This document shows positions 48,812-57,879 of a DNA stretch of 57,879 nucleotides, in pieces. The DNA comes from Flavobacteriaceae bacterium (lineage in GTDB: Bacteria > Bacteroidota > Bacteroidia > Flavobacteriales > Flavobacteriaceae), in contig JAURMQ010000091.1 of assembly GCA_030830625.1 (NCBI GenBank), positions 1 through 57,879 of the forward strand, in the 5' to 3' direction. Position 1 is the first letter of the stretch. The number at the start of each line of letters is the position of its first letter. The notes under the pieces are model-generated. The model was not told the DNA's origin and did no database searches. It worked only from the letters and a program-made list of their open reading frames with translations. The translations under genes were made by a program, and so were the position numbers.

Positions 48812-49444
48812 TCAATCCAAAAGCTGTGCAATATCGCTTTGGAGTTGGATGATGTCTGGTTTTAAAGTTCCGTTGTATATGCCCCTAAGCCTGAGATTCG
48901 AATCTACCAAAACCAAGTGTTCGGTATGAAGAAATTCTGAACTGTCTTTGGTATAGCCCAAATTCTTTTCGGCGAAATAGGAGCGTCTTGCCAAAGAATA
49001 AATCTCATTTTTTTGACCCGTGAGCAAATGCCAATTCTTAGCTTTTATCCCATAGCTCTTCGCAAAAGAACGTAAAGTCGGAAGGGAGTCCATCCAAGGG
49101 GTAACCGAAAATGAAAGTATAGAAAACCGAGCTTCGTTTTCATAAGCATCGGCAATAGTCATGAGGTGGTTGGTCATAATAGGGCAAATGCTGGTACAAC
49201 GGGTAAACATAAAATTGGCCACATGCACCTTCCCCTTGAGGTCTTTTAGGCCAATGGTTTGATTATGTTGATCGGTGGCTTCAAATGCAGCAATGTGATG
49301 ATCGATTTGCTTTTCCACCTCCAAAGCATTTTCGATAAACAAGGGCGTAAAGTCAGGGGTATTGTAATAGGGCAACTCACTTGGGTGGGAACACCGCCAC
49401 AACAAAACGACCACCCATATACTACTGAATGCTGTCCGATACAT
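48812..49444 (-). CDS. SCO/SenC family thioredoxin-fold copper chaperone
   Basis: 210 aa from ATG 49444. CxxxC motif FTRCTSICP and a distal His (HTEHLVLVD). Confidence 0.8.
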   Translation of the reverse strand: MYRTAFSSIWVVVLLWRCSHPSELPYYNTPDFTPLFIENALEVEKQIDHHIAAFEATDQHNQTIGLKDLKGKVHVANFMFTRCTSICPIMTNHLMTIADAYENEARFSILSFSVTPWMDSLPTLRSFAKSYGIKAKNWHLLTGQKNEIYSLARRSYFAEKNLGYTKDSSEFLHTEHLVLVDSNLRLRGIYNGTLKPDIIQLQSDIAQLLD

Positions 49445-50009
49445 TGGTACAATTTTTGGTTCCCAACAATCCATAACGCCGATTGTTTTTAATAATGTAA
49501 TTCGTTCTCACGGCTCCATCGTCATACCAAAGCTGTTGTCGTCCTACCTCCTGTCCTCGTTCATAACGGAGAAATTTTATGATTTGTCCATTAGCGTTCC
49601 ATGCTTTCAGACTTCCGTGGTACTCATCGTTTTCCAAGTGGTATTCAAAAGCTAAATTCCCATTTTCCCAATATCCCAGATGCCTTCCTTCTTTTTTCCC
49701 CATGCGATAGCTTCTTTCTTCAAACAATTGGTTGTTGGGATAAAATCTTTTAAACCTTCCGTGTTTGTATCCCAAGAGATAGTGTTCAATGAAAAGAGAA
49801 TCTCTCGAAAGCGAATCCAACTTAAAAAGCATTCCCGTGAAGGGTTGATGATTGTAGTATTTCAAAGGGCCTTTGCCAACCAATGTTAGAGTATCGGCAT
49901 TGGCCACCCAAGTGAGCATTGATTTCTCGTTTTCACAATTCAATAAGCCCAAAAAAAGTAGGGCGCTACTGAGTAACCGTACCAGGGGTGCCAAAGTATT
50001 GATTGCCAT
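49422..50009 (-). CDS. MORN-repeat-variant (YwqK-like) lipoprotein
   Basis: 195 aa from ATG 50009. Lipobox LGLLNC and repeated G-x-Y-x-x-W-x-x-NG-type units (GYWENGNLAFEYHLENDEYHGSLKAWNANGQ). Confidence 0.65.
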   Translation of the reverse strand: MAINTLAPLVRLLSSALLFLGLLNCENEKSMLTWVANADTLTLVGKGPLKYYNHQPFTGMLFKLDSLSRDSLFIEHYLLGYKHGRFKRFYPNNQLFEERSYRMGKKEGRHLGYWENGNLAFEYHLENDEYHGSLKAWNANGQIIKFLRYERGQEVGRQQLWYDDGAVRTNYIIKNNRRYGLLGTKNCTNVSDSIQ

Positions 50010-50706
50010 TGATGTAAGGGTCGTTGTCGGTGATGTGATAGTGGTAAATGCCCTCTGGAAAATCGGCAGTAGGGTGATGGTGACCGTGAAAAGCATCGAG
50101 ATCGCTATTGGTCACTCTACTTCCATTTTCTTCAGGACCATAGACCGGGAATCCGTCCAAAAGAAAACCCATTAAGGCGTCTTTTCCTTTTTCTTGGGTG
50201 AGATAGAGGGGTTCAATATGATAATGATACACCCCTGTTCTTTCGGGATGGCCGTTGAATTGATCGAAAGAATTGATTTCGTTGGTCAGAGGAAGGTTGG
50301 GTCCTGCATATTGGTTGAAAATCGCAACTCCGTTGAGGGAAACTCCCATAGCGCCCAGTCGAGTATTACTTTTATTGCCGGACTCTTTTGGATTAAGAGG
50401 AATTTTATAGGTAAAATCAAAACTATTGATTCGGTTGGGATTCAAATTAAAATCAGGATTTACCCCATTATAGCCTGAATAAAGAGCATGGGTACTATCG
50501 AAATAAGGGCTGCTGTGGTCTGGGATACCCTCCACTTTAATTACAACATACGCACCTTCCACGGTGATTTGGGAAGCGCCGTAAATTTTTTTGTAAACGG
50601 CTGGCACATCGGTCGAAATCGTCGAGTCGATTTCAACATTGTCATCAGCGGTTTTAGAACAAGAAACCCATACTACAAATGAGCAACACAAAAATAGATT
50701 TTTCAT
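49966..50706 (-). CDS. YHYH-domain lipoprotein
   Basis: 246 aa from ATG 50706. Lipobox WVSCS and two YHYH motifs (GVYHYHIEP, GIYHYHITD). Confidence 0.7.
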   Translation of the reverse strand: MKNLFLCCSFVVWVSCSKTADDNVEIDSTISTDVPAVYKKIYGASQITVEGAYVVIKVEGIPDHSSPYFDSTHALYSGYNGVNPDFNLNPNRINSFDFTYKIPLNPKESGNKSNTRLGAMGVSLNGVAIFNQYAGPNLPLTNEINSFDQFNGHPERTGVYHYHIEPLYLTQEKGKDALMGFLLDGFPVYGPEENGSRVTNSDLDAFHGHHHPTADFPEGIYHYHITDNDPYINGNQYFGTPGTVTQ

Positions 50707-50757
50707 AATCAGGAGCCTGTTTAGCAATATACCGTTTTCAAAAGTAAAAACCCTACT

Positions 50758-52896
50758 CTAATAACGAATCACTTTAAAATCGGTTCTTCTGTTTTGCAGA
50801 TGTATTGCCTCTGAAAGATAATCGCAATCCGATTTTTTAATCCAGGTTTTTTGATTCTTTTCTAGGAGCGTATCGACAATCTCTTGAGCTCCAGCATAGG
50901 AATCTGCTTGACCTACAATAATGCGGTAAACACCATTATCAAGTTTTTGAATTTCGGATTTATACCCAAAGCTATCGATTACTTTTTGTTGTGTGAGCGC
51001 ATTTTCCTGATTGAAAAAAGCACCCCCTACAATCAGATAATCCCCCGAGGTGTTCTCCGCAATTGTCTCTTCGCCATAACCCTTTCCAAAAATTCTATTT
51101 TCGGTTTCGATCTGTTCCTTTATATAATCGATTATGGTCTGGTTCCTTTCTTGAGAGAGCTTGAGGTTGTAGGCTTTGCTTCCACGACAATCCGAATAAG
51201 AACTCACTTCTACAATCATATGAGGGTTGGCCTTCAGGGCAGCGACCACTGCATCCACTCGGTCTTTATAATCGATCAGCAGATTGGAATTGTTGAAAGG
51301 GTAAAAAATGGGGAGAAAGGTTTTTTTCAATACTTCGGGCAACTGTTCAATGGCTACTTCAGCGCGTTGTAAAAGTACTTTTATCTCTTTGGATTTTCCG
51401 TATTTGCTTTTTACGGTATAGGTAAAAGAATCTTGGATTGCTGTCGGAGAAAGATTTTTATAAAGAAAGGTCCCGTTAGGATTCAATTGAAGTATACCGT
51501 GCTTTACATTTTTGACCAATTCCGCCTCTTTTTGAAACAGCGCCGTCAAGGGGTCTTGAGCCCCCATTAATTCCTCGTCATTTTTCAACACACTATTTTG
51601 GGATACGATCAGCGTATCAATAGGATTATAGGTGTAGGCATCCTCCAAACCTGCTAACTGAGGGGTGAATTTAAAGGCATATAGATCGTCGTCTCCTTTG
51701 CCTTGCTCCCGATTGGAGCTCAAAAAACCGTAGTCCAAATTTTCCTCTAAGTAAAAAGAAAAATCATCTTGTTTGCTCTTGAAGGGACTGGGCAATTCCA
51801 TCACATTCCACCTCACATCAACGGTATTGATGGCCAGCTTTGGAGATAATTTTCCATTCCCTGTTTTGGCGCTGTAAAAGAGATATTTCCCTTGGTGTAC
51901 AAAAGGAAAAACTTCATCGCCTTGGGTATTCACATCGGGTCCAAGATTGACTGGCGAACTGTAATTTCCTCCTCCCAGAATATCCACATAATACAAATCC
52001 ATTCCTCCAAAACCTCCAGGGCGATCGCTTGCAAAATACAGTCTTCGATCGGGTTCGCTTACAGCAGGGTGAAGACTGGAATAGCCCTTAATATTGAAGG
52101 GTAGAGGTTGAGCGATTTGTTTTTTGCCCCCGGCGGTTGACCCCGCATAAATGTCCAATTGTAAGGTTTTTTGCTTTTGGATGTTTTCACTACTACGGGT
52201 CAAATAGAGAATTTGATCGTTAGGATCCCAACTGGAGGGACCGTCTTGAAAAACAGAATTGACCCCCAAAGGAAAAGCTTGCACTTCTTTGGTCTGAAAA
52301 GTTTCAGGATTCCATTGGGCTTGATAAAGATTAAAAATACTGTGTTTTGAACCCATTCTAGGACCTAAACCTTTAGTATAGACATTAGATTGTTTCTGTG
52401 TGTATATCAATAAGGTATTATTATGGATAGTCATCAAGTGTGCTCCAAACTCTGGACCTTCTGTATTCAGGGTCAAAGGAGTCAATTGATAAGGAGATTT
52501 CCAGGATGTAGGGGACTGTTTTCGAACCTCCTCTATGGGCAATCGAATGGCTTTACGCCGGTATTCGTCCCTCAATTGATCATTGTCGGTCAAGTAGGAA
52601 GCGAAGTAGTAATAATCATTCACTTGAGCCGAATCAGAATCGACTAAAGGCCGGAGGACTTGAGCCGCCTGTTGAAGTTGTCCTTTTAGGGCATAGATTT
52701 TTGAAAAATTTCTTCTCGACTCAAGGGGGAGATCCTCTCCCACTTTAAGATAGTGTGATTGGGCTTTGTCATAAACTTTATTCATATAATAGTACTCGGC
52801 CCATTCCAATGTACGCGTATTTTCGACAGAAACTTGAGCCAAAATCCCTTGAAAAACAAAATATCCGAGAAATAAGAATAAAGGCCTCATCATCAA
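50758..52896 (-). CDS. OmpA-family peptidoglycan-binding protein (TPR + TolB-like propeller + Ig-like + OmpA_C with nested SPOR-like insert)
   Basis: 712 aa with a signal peptide. PD40-like repeats (RLYFASDRPGGFGGMDLY), DSFTYTV, and an OmpA_C core VEVSSYSDCRGSKAYNLKLSQERNQ...NRRTDFKVI. The usual partner of porP/sprF. Confidence 0.8.
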   Translation of the reverse strand: MMMRPLFLFLGYFVFQGILAQVSVENTRTLEWAEYYYMNKVYDKAQSHYLKVGEDLPLESRRNFSKIYALKGQLQQAAQVLRPLVDSDSAQVNDYYYFASYLTDNDQLRDEYRRKAIRLPIEEVRKQSPTSWKSPYQLTPLTLNTEGPEFGAHLMTIHNNTLLIYTQKQSNVYTKGLGPRMGSKHSIFNLYQAQWNPETFQTKEVQAFPLGVNSVFQDGPSSWDPNDQILYLTRSSENIQKQKTLQLDIYAGSTAGGKKQIAQPLPFNIKGYSSLHPAVSEPDRRLYFASDRPGGFGGMDLYYVDILGGGNYSSPVNLGPDVNTQGDEVFPFVHQGKYLFYSAKTGNGKLSPKLAINTVDVRWNVMELPSPFKSKQDDFSFYLEENLDYGFLSSNREQGKGDDDLYAFKFTPQLAGLEDAYTYNPIDTLIVSQNSVLKNDEELMGAQDPLTALFQKEAELVKNVKHGILQLNPNGTFLYKNLSPTAIQDSFTYTVKSKYGKSKEIKVLLQRAEVAIEQLPEVLKKTFLPIFYPFNNSNLLIDYKDRVDAVVAALKANPHMIVEVSSYSDCRGSKAYNLKLSQERNQTIIDYIKEQIETENRIFGKGYGEETIAENTSGDYLIVGGAFFNQENALTQQKVIDSFGYKSEIQKLDNGVYRIIVGQADSYAGAQEIVDTLLEKNQKTWIKKSDCDYLSEAIHLQNRRTDFKVIRY

Positions 52897-53834
52897 AATA
52901 TTCTGGGTGAGCGAAGCATGGTTTTTACAGCAGGAATCAAATCAAAACGCAGCAGGATCTCGTGGGTGGAATGATGGATACTGACGAACTCTCCCAACGA
53001 AGAGGTGTTGAAAGCATAGCCCAAGGAAATATTTTTGTTGAGGTAGATCCCACCGAGTATTCCGAGCCCTCCTCCAAAAGAGGTACTCGATGGCGCATCG
53101 CCTATAGACGACCTGATTTGTGGGCCTATCCAAAAAAGCTCTCTAAAAAGTAAAAGCATACTCAAATCATAACTCAATGCAGATCCCTGGGTGTGTTTGA
53201 TCAAGCCACTGGGCTTAGCTTTAATCTGGTTGGATAAACTAAAAAGCCCTCCAAAAATACCATAATAATGCCGTTGTAATTTAAGATTTTCTTTTTCAAT
53301 AAACCAGGGAATAGAAAATCCCGCATACCATCTTGAGTTATGATAATACATCCCAAAACCAACATTGGGGATAAACTTACCTTCTTCGTCAAAAGTAAAG
53401 GCAAGATCATTGGGTTCGGTAGTTTGAATCAAACTCTCATCAAAATCAAAGTTAGACATTCCTACTTTGATGCCCACGGCCAAAAAGGCATCATTTAGAG
53501 GGAGATGATAGGCAAGATCGATGGCAATACGACTGCCGTTTAAAGGGCCAATTTTATCATTCACCCCCGTCAACCCAAAGCCAAAATTTTTTGAGCTTAT
53601 TTTATGATTGAACGTAAAGGCTTGTGATTCTGGAGCTCCAGGAAAATTCAACCACTGCGTTCTGTGGAGAATAGCAAAATGGGTGTATTCTTTGGAGCCG
53701 GCATAGGCAGGATTCAGGCTTTGGTGATTGAACATATACTGTGAGAAAGTCAACTCTTGTTGCCCTTGAATTAAAAAAGGCAAAAACAGGAGTACTCGAA
53801 AGAAATGTTGCCTTAAAAGGAGTATACTAAACAA
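52893..53834 (-). CDS. type IX secretion system membrane protein PorP/SprF family
   Basis: 313 aa. N-terminus QQELTFSQYMFNHQSLNPAYAGS is the family hallmark. Overlaps the downstream ompA-like gene by 4 nt (ATGA). Confidence 0.85.
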   Translation of the reverse strand: MFSILLLRQHFFRVLLFLPFLIQGQQELTFSQYMFNHQSLNPAYAGSKEYTHFAILHRTQWLNFPGAPESQAFTFNHKISSKNFGFGLTGVNDKIGPLNGSRIAIDLAYHLPLNDAFLAVGIKVGMSNFDFDESLIQTTEPNDLAFTFDEEGKFIPNVGFGMYYHNSRWYAGFSIPWFIEKENLKLQRHYYGIFGGLFSLSNQIKAKPSGLIKHTQGSALSYDLSMLLLFRELFWIGPQIRSSIGDAPSSTSFGGGLGILGGIYLNKNISLGYAFNTSSLGEFVSIHHSTHEILLRFDLIPAVKTMLRSPRIF

Positions 53835-53953
53835 TATATATAGTAAATAAATTATTCAAAGTTAAGATAAAAGACAGTTTAATCCGAAGATGTGATTTTA
53901 ATGATTAATTTTAAGCTTTGCCCCTAGAATATTTAATTTAGTCCAACTTTATA

Positions 53954-56900
53954 ATGAGGGGTGCTGGCTCCAGTAAACTTTTTTCTTTGATAACGTTGCT
54001 GCTGGTGCAATATGTATCGGCCCAACTCAGTAAAGAGCATTATATTCCTCCCATAGCGGCACATGGAGCCTCCAATTCCAATGCTTTTCCTCGAGATCAA
54101 TACATATACATTTCCACACCCTCTGTGGCTGATGTGAATTATACGATTACCCCCATTGGGTCCTTGCCAGAGGATTATATTTTGGGGGTGGTTTCAAATT
54201 CTTTTCCAGACGTTGTCCCGATTGGGGATGGCGCAACGTCTTTTGCCATCGCGAATTCGCCATTTTATGCTGGAAGGGTTATGGACGATAAAGGCTATAT
54301 CATAAGGGCAAACGCTCCCATTTATGTCGCCCTAAGATTAAGAGCCGATAGCAGAGGAGGGGGCAATTTCCCTCAAGCAGGGGCATTGGTTAGTAAAGGA
54401 TTGTCTGCACTGGGGACTTCTTTTAGATCAGGAACGTTTACCAGCGATAATCCTGGATCGAACAACAACAATGCCAATTACCTGAATTTTATTTCTTTAA
54501 TGGCAACAGAAGACGCTACTCAAGTCACTTTTGATCATTTGGATAAAGCCCTCAGCTTAGTCAATATTTCATCTCCACCAGGATCAGGTACATTTTCATT
54601 AACGGTGAGCTTGGACCGTGGGGAAACCTATTTGATAGCGGCCGAGGCCGAAGATGCCCCTGCGAATCGAGACGGTTTGATCGGGGTTTCGATTAAATCA
54701 GACAAACCCATAGCCGTAAATTCGGGTTCGGCCAATGGAAGTTTTCATAACGGAGGAGGGAGAGATTATGGAATTGATCAATTGGTGGGAGCCGATAAAA
54801 TAGGTACCGAATATATTTTTGTAAGGGGAAGTGGATCGGATGGATGGGAGAACATTCTTATCGTTGCCGACCAGGACAATACAGAAATTTTTACTGACGG
54901 AGGGGTTACTCCCATTGCTACTTTGGCATCTGCGGGAGATTATTATTTGATTGAGGGAAATTATTTCAGGAATGCAGGTTCCAACAACACACTGTTTGTG
55001 AGCACCTCAAAAAAGACTTTTGTTTGGCAGGGAATTGGAAGTAACAGTGAGGCCAATCAGGCCATGTTTTTTGTGCCTCCTCTTTCTTGTGGATCGCAAG
55101 GAAGGGTAGACAATATTCCTCAAATCGATAAAATTGGAACGGCCTCTTTCCCTGGCTTTGTAACCGTGGTAACCAATCAAACCGCTTCTGTCACTTTTTC
55201 TGATGCAAATAATACCGACAAATCATTGGACGATTCCAGTTTTATGGGAGGGGTCAGTGTTACGGGCCCTGAAACTGTTGCGGGGGCTCAATACAAGGCC
55301 TATATTATTCAGAATCTAACGGGAAATGTTTCCGTTAATTCCTCTGAAGAACTTTATTGTGCCTACTATAATCAAAACGGTGCTGCCACTTCTGGAGGTT
55401 TTTACTCTGGATTCCTTTCGCCCCCCGAAACGGTAATTCAATCTCCCCGCTTGAACGGTGAAAAATGTCTGCCCAATGTTGAATTGAGAGGGTTAGGATT
55501 GGAGAATTATGACAGTTATACTTGGTTTTTTGACGATGGAACTGGGTATGTAGATTTAGGGTCAAGTGACAACCCTTATACGCCTACTCATCCGGGATTT
55601 TACAAAATCAAAGCCCAGCTCAGTTGCGATGGATTGACCAGTATTGCTTATTCCGAACCCTCAGTAGTAAGTATCTGCCCACCCGATTTTGACGGCGACG
55701 GAATCAACGACAATATAGATTTGGATTTGGACAATGATGGAATTTATAATTCTTACGAGTCTATGGGGATTTATCAACTCGATATTTCGGATATCAACAA
55801 CCCCTTGATTGTCGAAACAGTGACCATCACTACAGCAGGGGCATACACAGTCTCTAGTGTGGTAGCTCCCAACGGCTCCATTACACAAACGGCCATTGGA
55901 GAAATAACCTCTTCTCTTGCTCCTGGAGCCCAGCAAAATCAAATTGAATGGAACTTTAAGGAGGAGATCAATTTCAAATGGATCCATAAGCTTGATCACA
56001 AGCACGACTATTTGGAAGAAGAATTTTTTGTGATATCAACAAATAATCCCAACAAGAGTATTTCCCTGTGGAACCCCAACAATCATATTTTGGTCGATTC
56101 GAATTATGACAACGACTATGAGTCGGGGATTACTTTATATTCTGCCAATGAAATCCGATTCAGATTCAACCCATCCCTTACCACTCCCCCCATTTTTTCT
56201 TTCCTTGGGGAAAATATGCAAAACATAAAATTGACTCATTTCAATAATAGTCTTACCTCTACCTCGGTACTCAAGTGGGATTTGTTTTTAAACCAAAATG
56301 ACTTGGATACCGATGGAGATGGAATCCCCGATGCATACGATCTAGACAGCGATGGCGATGGCTGTTCGGATGTCATAGAAGCGGGTTTTACGGACAGTGA
56401 CCCTTTCCCCGATCGAAGGTTGGGCGCCTCGCCTGTATCGGTAAGTTCATTAGGTTTGGTGGCAGCTCCTGATGGATATACTGTTCCGAGAGACGGAGAT
56501 CTATCGGGAGTATATGATTTTCAAGAAGTAGGTGTAGCTCCCTTGGCATCCAGCATCACGGGTCAACCCGTTTCACAAAGTTTATGCCTGGGGGGAACGG
56601 CCCATTTTGAAGTGGAGACCGATTTGGTGCAACCGGTTTTCCAATGGCAAATATGGAACGGAACAGATTGGGTCGACATAAATGATAGCGCTATTTACAG
56701 CAATACCACTTCATCGAATTTGAGCATCACTCCTGCCGATAATGGGCTACACAATTCTCAATATCGGGTTACGGTTTCCAAAGGAGAATACCTCTGTGAT
56801 CCTGTGATATCGACTACTGCCCAGCTCACCATGGCCCCACCCAAATCCTTTAGTCTCACCCCGGCTCTTTTTCGCTTGAGTGAAACAGATTCGCCCACAT

Positions 56901-57879
56901 CATTCTGGGTTGCTTTGGATGCAATTCCCGCTTCCGATGTGGTGTTAGATATTTCTAATCCTGATATTACCGAGGCCGTAGTATCTCCCACTCAACTCAT
57001 TTTTACTCCAGCCGATTGGAGGGTGCAACAATCGGTCAGTATTATTCCCAAAACCGATGACCTATTGGATGGAGATCAGGTCATTTATCCCGTGGTTTCG
57101 ATCAACCGCGCTTTGACTCAAAACTGTTATGCTTTTGCCGAAAGCCAAACCGTTAGCCTAACGATTTTGGACATTAACACAGCCGCTATTGAAATTGTGG
57201 TTTTGGATAATTTGACAAGTGAAAACGGGGATACAGCTTTTTTTACCGTTCAGCTTTTGTCAAAGCCCCAAGGAATCGTCTCTATTGATCTATCTTCAAA
57301 CGACTTGAGTGAGGGAAATGTAAGCCAGACGAATATTCAATTCAATCCCCTCAATTGGAACATTCCCCAAACGGTGGTCGTCACAGGTTTGCCCGACCCC
57401 ATTCCCTTCAAGGACGGTAATGTGGCATATCAAATCATTACCGGAAATGTGAGTTCCTCCGATGCCGATTACAATGCTTTGGATGGCAGTACCGTGGAGG
57501 ACATCCATTTGATCAATCAAGACAACTCAGGACCTGGAATAGCACTAACGGTTGTAGGAGGCGACGCTACTACCGACGAAAATGGCGGTTTTTTTGTCGT
57601 TCAATTCCACCTACTCTCTCAGCCTTTTGGAGGTGCAGATGTAAGTTTTGGACTTTCTGTATTGGGGGACTCAGCGGAGGTATCCCTATCCACTACAAGC
57701 CTTACCATTTTGAATTCGGATTGGAACAAACCCTTCAATAACCAAATCATCCTTACAGGATTGGACGACAGTCTGGTGGATGGGGATATTTTTTTGGTAC
57801 TGGAAACTTCGGATCCTACCTCAGCCGATGCCGTTTATGATGCTTTGGACGCCTTTGATATTGCCGATTTGATTTTTAA
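53954..57879 (+). CDS. giant secreted adhesin-like protein, 3'-truncated by window end (>1308 aa)
   Basis: Not in the ORF track because it has no stop in the window. I hand-translated it from ATG 53954 to the window end and saw no in-frame stop. Signal peptide LLLVQYVSAQ and an IgGFc-binding-like N-domain (GYIIRANAPIYVALRLRA...). Two thrombospondin-type-3-like Ca-binding runs (DFDGDGINDNIDLDLDNDG; DTDGDGIPDAYDLDSDGDGCSD). After these come tandem ~110-aa Calx-beta/cadherin-like modules. Confidence 0.85.
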   Translation, partial: MRGAGSSKLFSLITLLLVQYVSAQLSKEHYIPPIAAHGASNSNAFPRDQYIYISTPSVADVNYTITPIGSLPEDYILGVVSNSFPDVVPIGDGATSFAIANSPFYAGRVMDDKGYIIRANAPIYVALRLRADSRGGGNFPQAGALVSKGLSALGTSFRSGTFTSDNPGSNNNNANYLNFISLMATEDATQVTFDHLDKALSLVNISSPPGSGTFSLTVSLDRGETYLIAAEAEDAPANRDGLIGVSIKSDKPIAVNSGSANGSFHNGGGRDYGIDQLVGADKIGTEYIFVRGSGSDGWENILIVADQDNTEIFTDGGVTPIATLASAGDYYLIEGNYFRNAGSNNTLFVSTSKKTFVWQGIGSNSEANQAMFFVPPLSCGSQGRVDNIPQIDKIGTASFPGFVTVVTNQTASVTFSDANNTDKSLDDSSFMGGVSVTGPETVAGAQYKAYIIQNLTGNVSVNSSEELYCAYYNQNGAATSGGFYSGFLSPPETVIQSPRLNGEKCLPNVELRGLGLENYDSYTWFFDDGTGYVDLGSSDNPYTPTHPGFYKIKAQLSCDGLTSIAYSEPSVVSICPPDFDGDGINDNIDLDLDNDGIYNSYESMGIYQLDISDINNPLIVETVTITTAGAYTVSSVVAPNGSITQTAIGEITSSLAPGAQQNQIEWNFKEEINFKWIHKLDHKHDYLEEEFFVISTNNPNKSISLWNPNNHILVDSNYDNDYESGITLYSANEIRFRFNPSLTTPPIFSFLGENMQNIKLTHFNNSLTSTSVLKWDLFLNQNDLDTDGDGIPDAYDLDSDGDGCSDVIEAGFTDSDPFPDRRLGASPVSVSSLGLVAAPDGYTVPRDGDLSGVYDFQEVGVAPLASSITGQPVSQSLCLGGTAHFEVETDLVQPVFQWQIWNGTDWVDINDSAIYSNTTSSNLSITPADNGLHNSQYRVTVSKGEYLCDPVISTTAQLTMAPPKSFSLTPALFRLSETDSPTSFWVALDAIPASDVVLDISNPDITEAVVSPTQLIFTPADWRVQQSVSIIPKTDDLLDGDQVIYPVVSINRALTQNCYAFAESQTVSLTILDINTAAIEIVVLDNLTSENGDTAFFTVQLLSKPQGIVSIDLSSNDLSEGNVSQTNIQFNPLNWNIPQTVVVTGLPDPIPFKDGNVAYQIITGNVSSSDADYNALDGSTVEDIHLINQDNSGPGIALTVVGGDATTDENGGFFVVQFHLLSQPFGGADVSFGLSVLGDSAEVSLSTTSLTILNSDWNKPFNNQIILTGLDDSLVDGDIFLVLETSDPTSADAVYDALDAFDIADLIF

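Noticed and set aside
57877-57879. A terminal TAA at the window end as a possible stop of the adhesin. A similar TAA sits at nt 1-3 before atpF.
   Set aside because: Both are out of frame with the respective reading frames (the adhesin codons end ...ATT TTT AA). Both genes are truncated by the window.

Overview
This 57.9-kb window comes from a Bacteroidota chromosome, probably Flavobacteriia, judging by gldH, a PorP/SprF T9SS gene, PSP1-gldH-PBP1A synteny and HU/SPOR and DUF4292 genes. From 1 to 14.8 kb it is housekeeping: the 3' part of the ATP synthase operon (atpF'-atpH-atpA-atpG), a GH33 sialidase, dut, a sugar nucleotidyltransferase, DUF4292, an M23 peptidase, a SPOR protein, dprA, trpS, plsC, pabC/pabB and recA. 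Between recA and trhO (about 14.85-16.75 kb) lies a visibly AT-rich decayed islet. It holds the first ~265 codons of a type II-C cas9 (RuvC-I motif, bridge helix, start of REC) broken by two homopolymer frameshifts and cut off just upstream of recA. Divergent from it is an intact-looking tracrRNA candidate (anti-repeat, nexus, terminator hairpin plus T7), followed by a CBS-domain pseudogene. No cas1, cas2 or CRISPR array is present in the window. The next stretch is core again: trhO, PSP1/ricT, gldH, PBP1A, an aldo-keto reductase, queD, an enoyl-CoA hydratase, an LpxR-like protein and tRNA-Ala(GGC). From 26 to 48 kb the content is accessory and carbohydrate-related: a PL1-like pectate lyase, a GH78 rhamnosidase with a LamG insert, OM beta-barrels, mscL, a sulfatase, a myo-inositol oxygenase/Gfo-Idh-MocA/SSS/DUF819 cluster, a HAD hydrolase, DUF1080 and DUF3500. 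A YHYH-MORN-SCO operon follows. The window ends with a T9SS module: ompA-like and porP/sprF on the minus strand, divergent from a >1308-aa adhesin ORF that runs off the window end and is therefore absent from the ORF track. The main second-look items are the cas9/tracrRNA relic, the unlisted giant adhesin, a deletion-fusion ORF (DinB::DUF4249), a SPOR-like module nested inside the OmpA domain, a bacterial MIOX sugar-oxidation cluster, and small sub-threshold ORFs and RNA-like hairpins.
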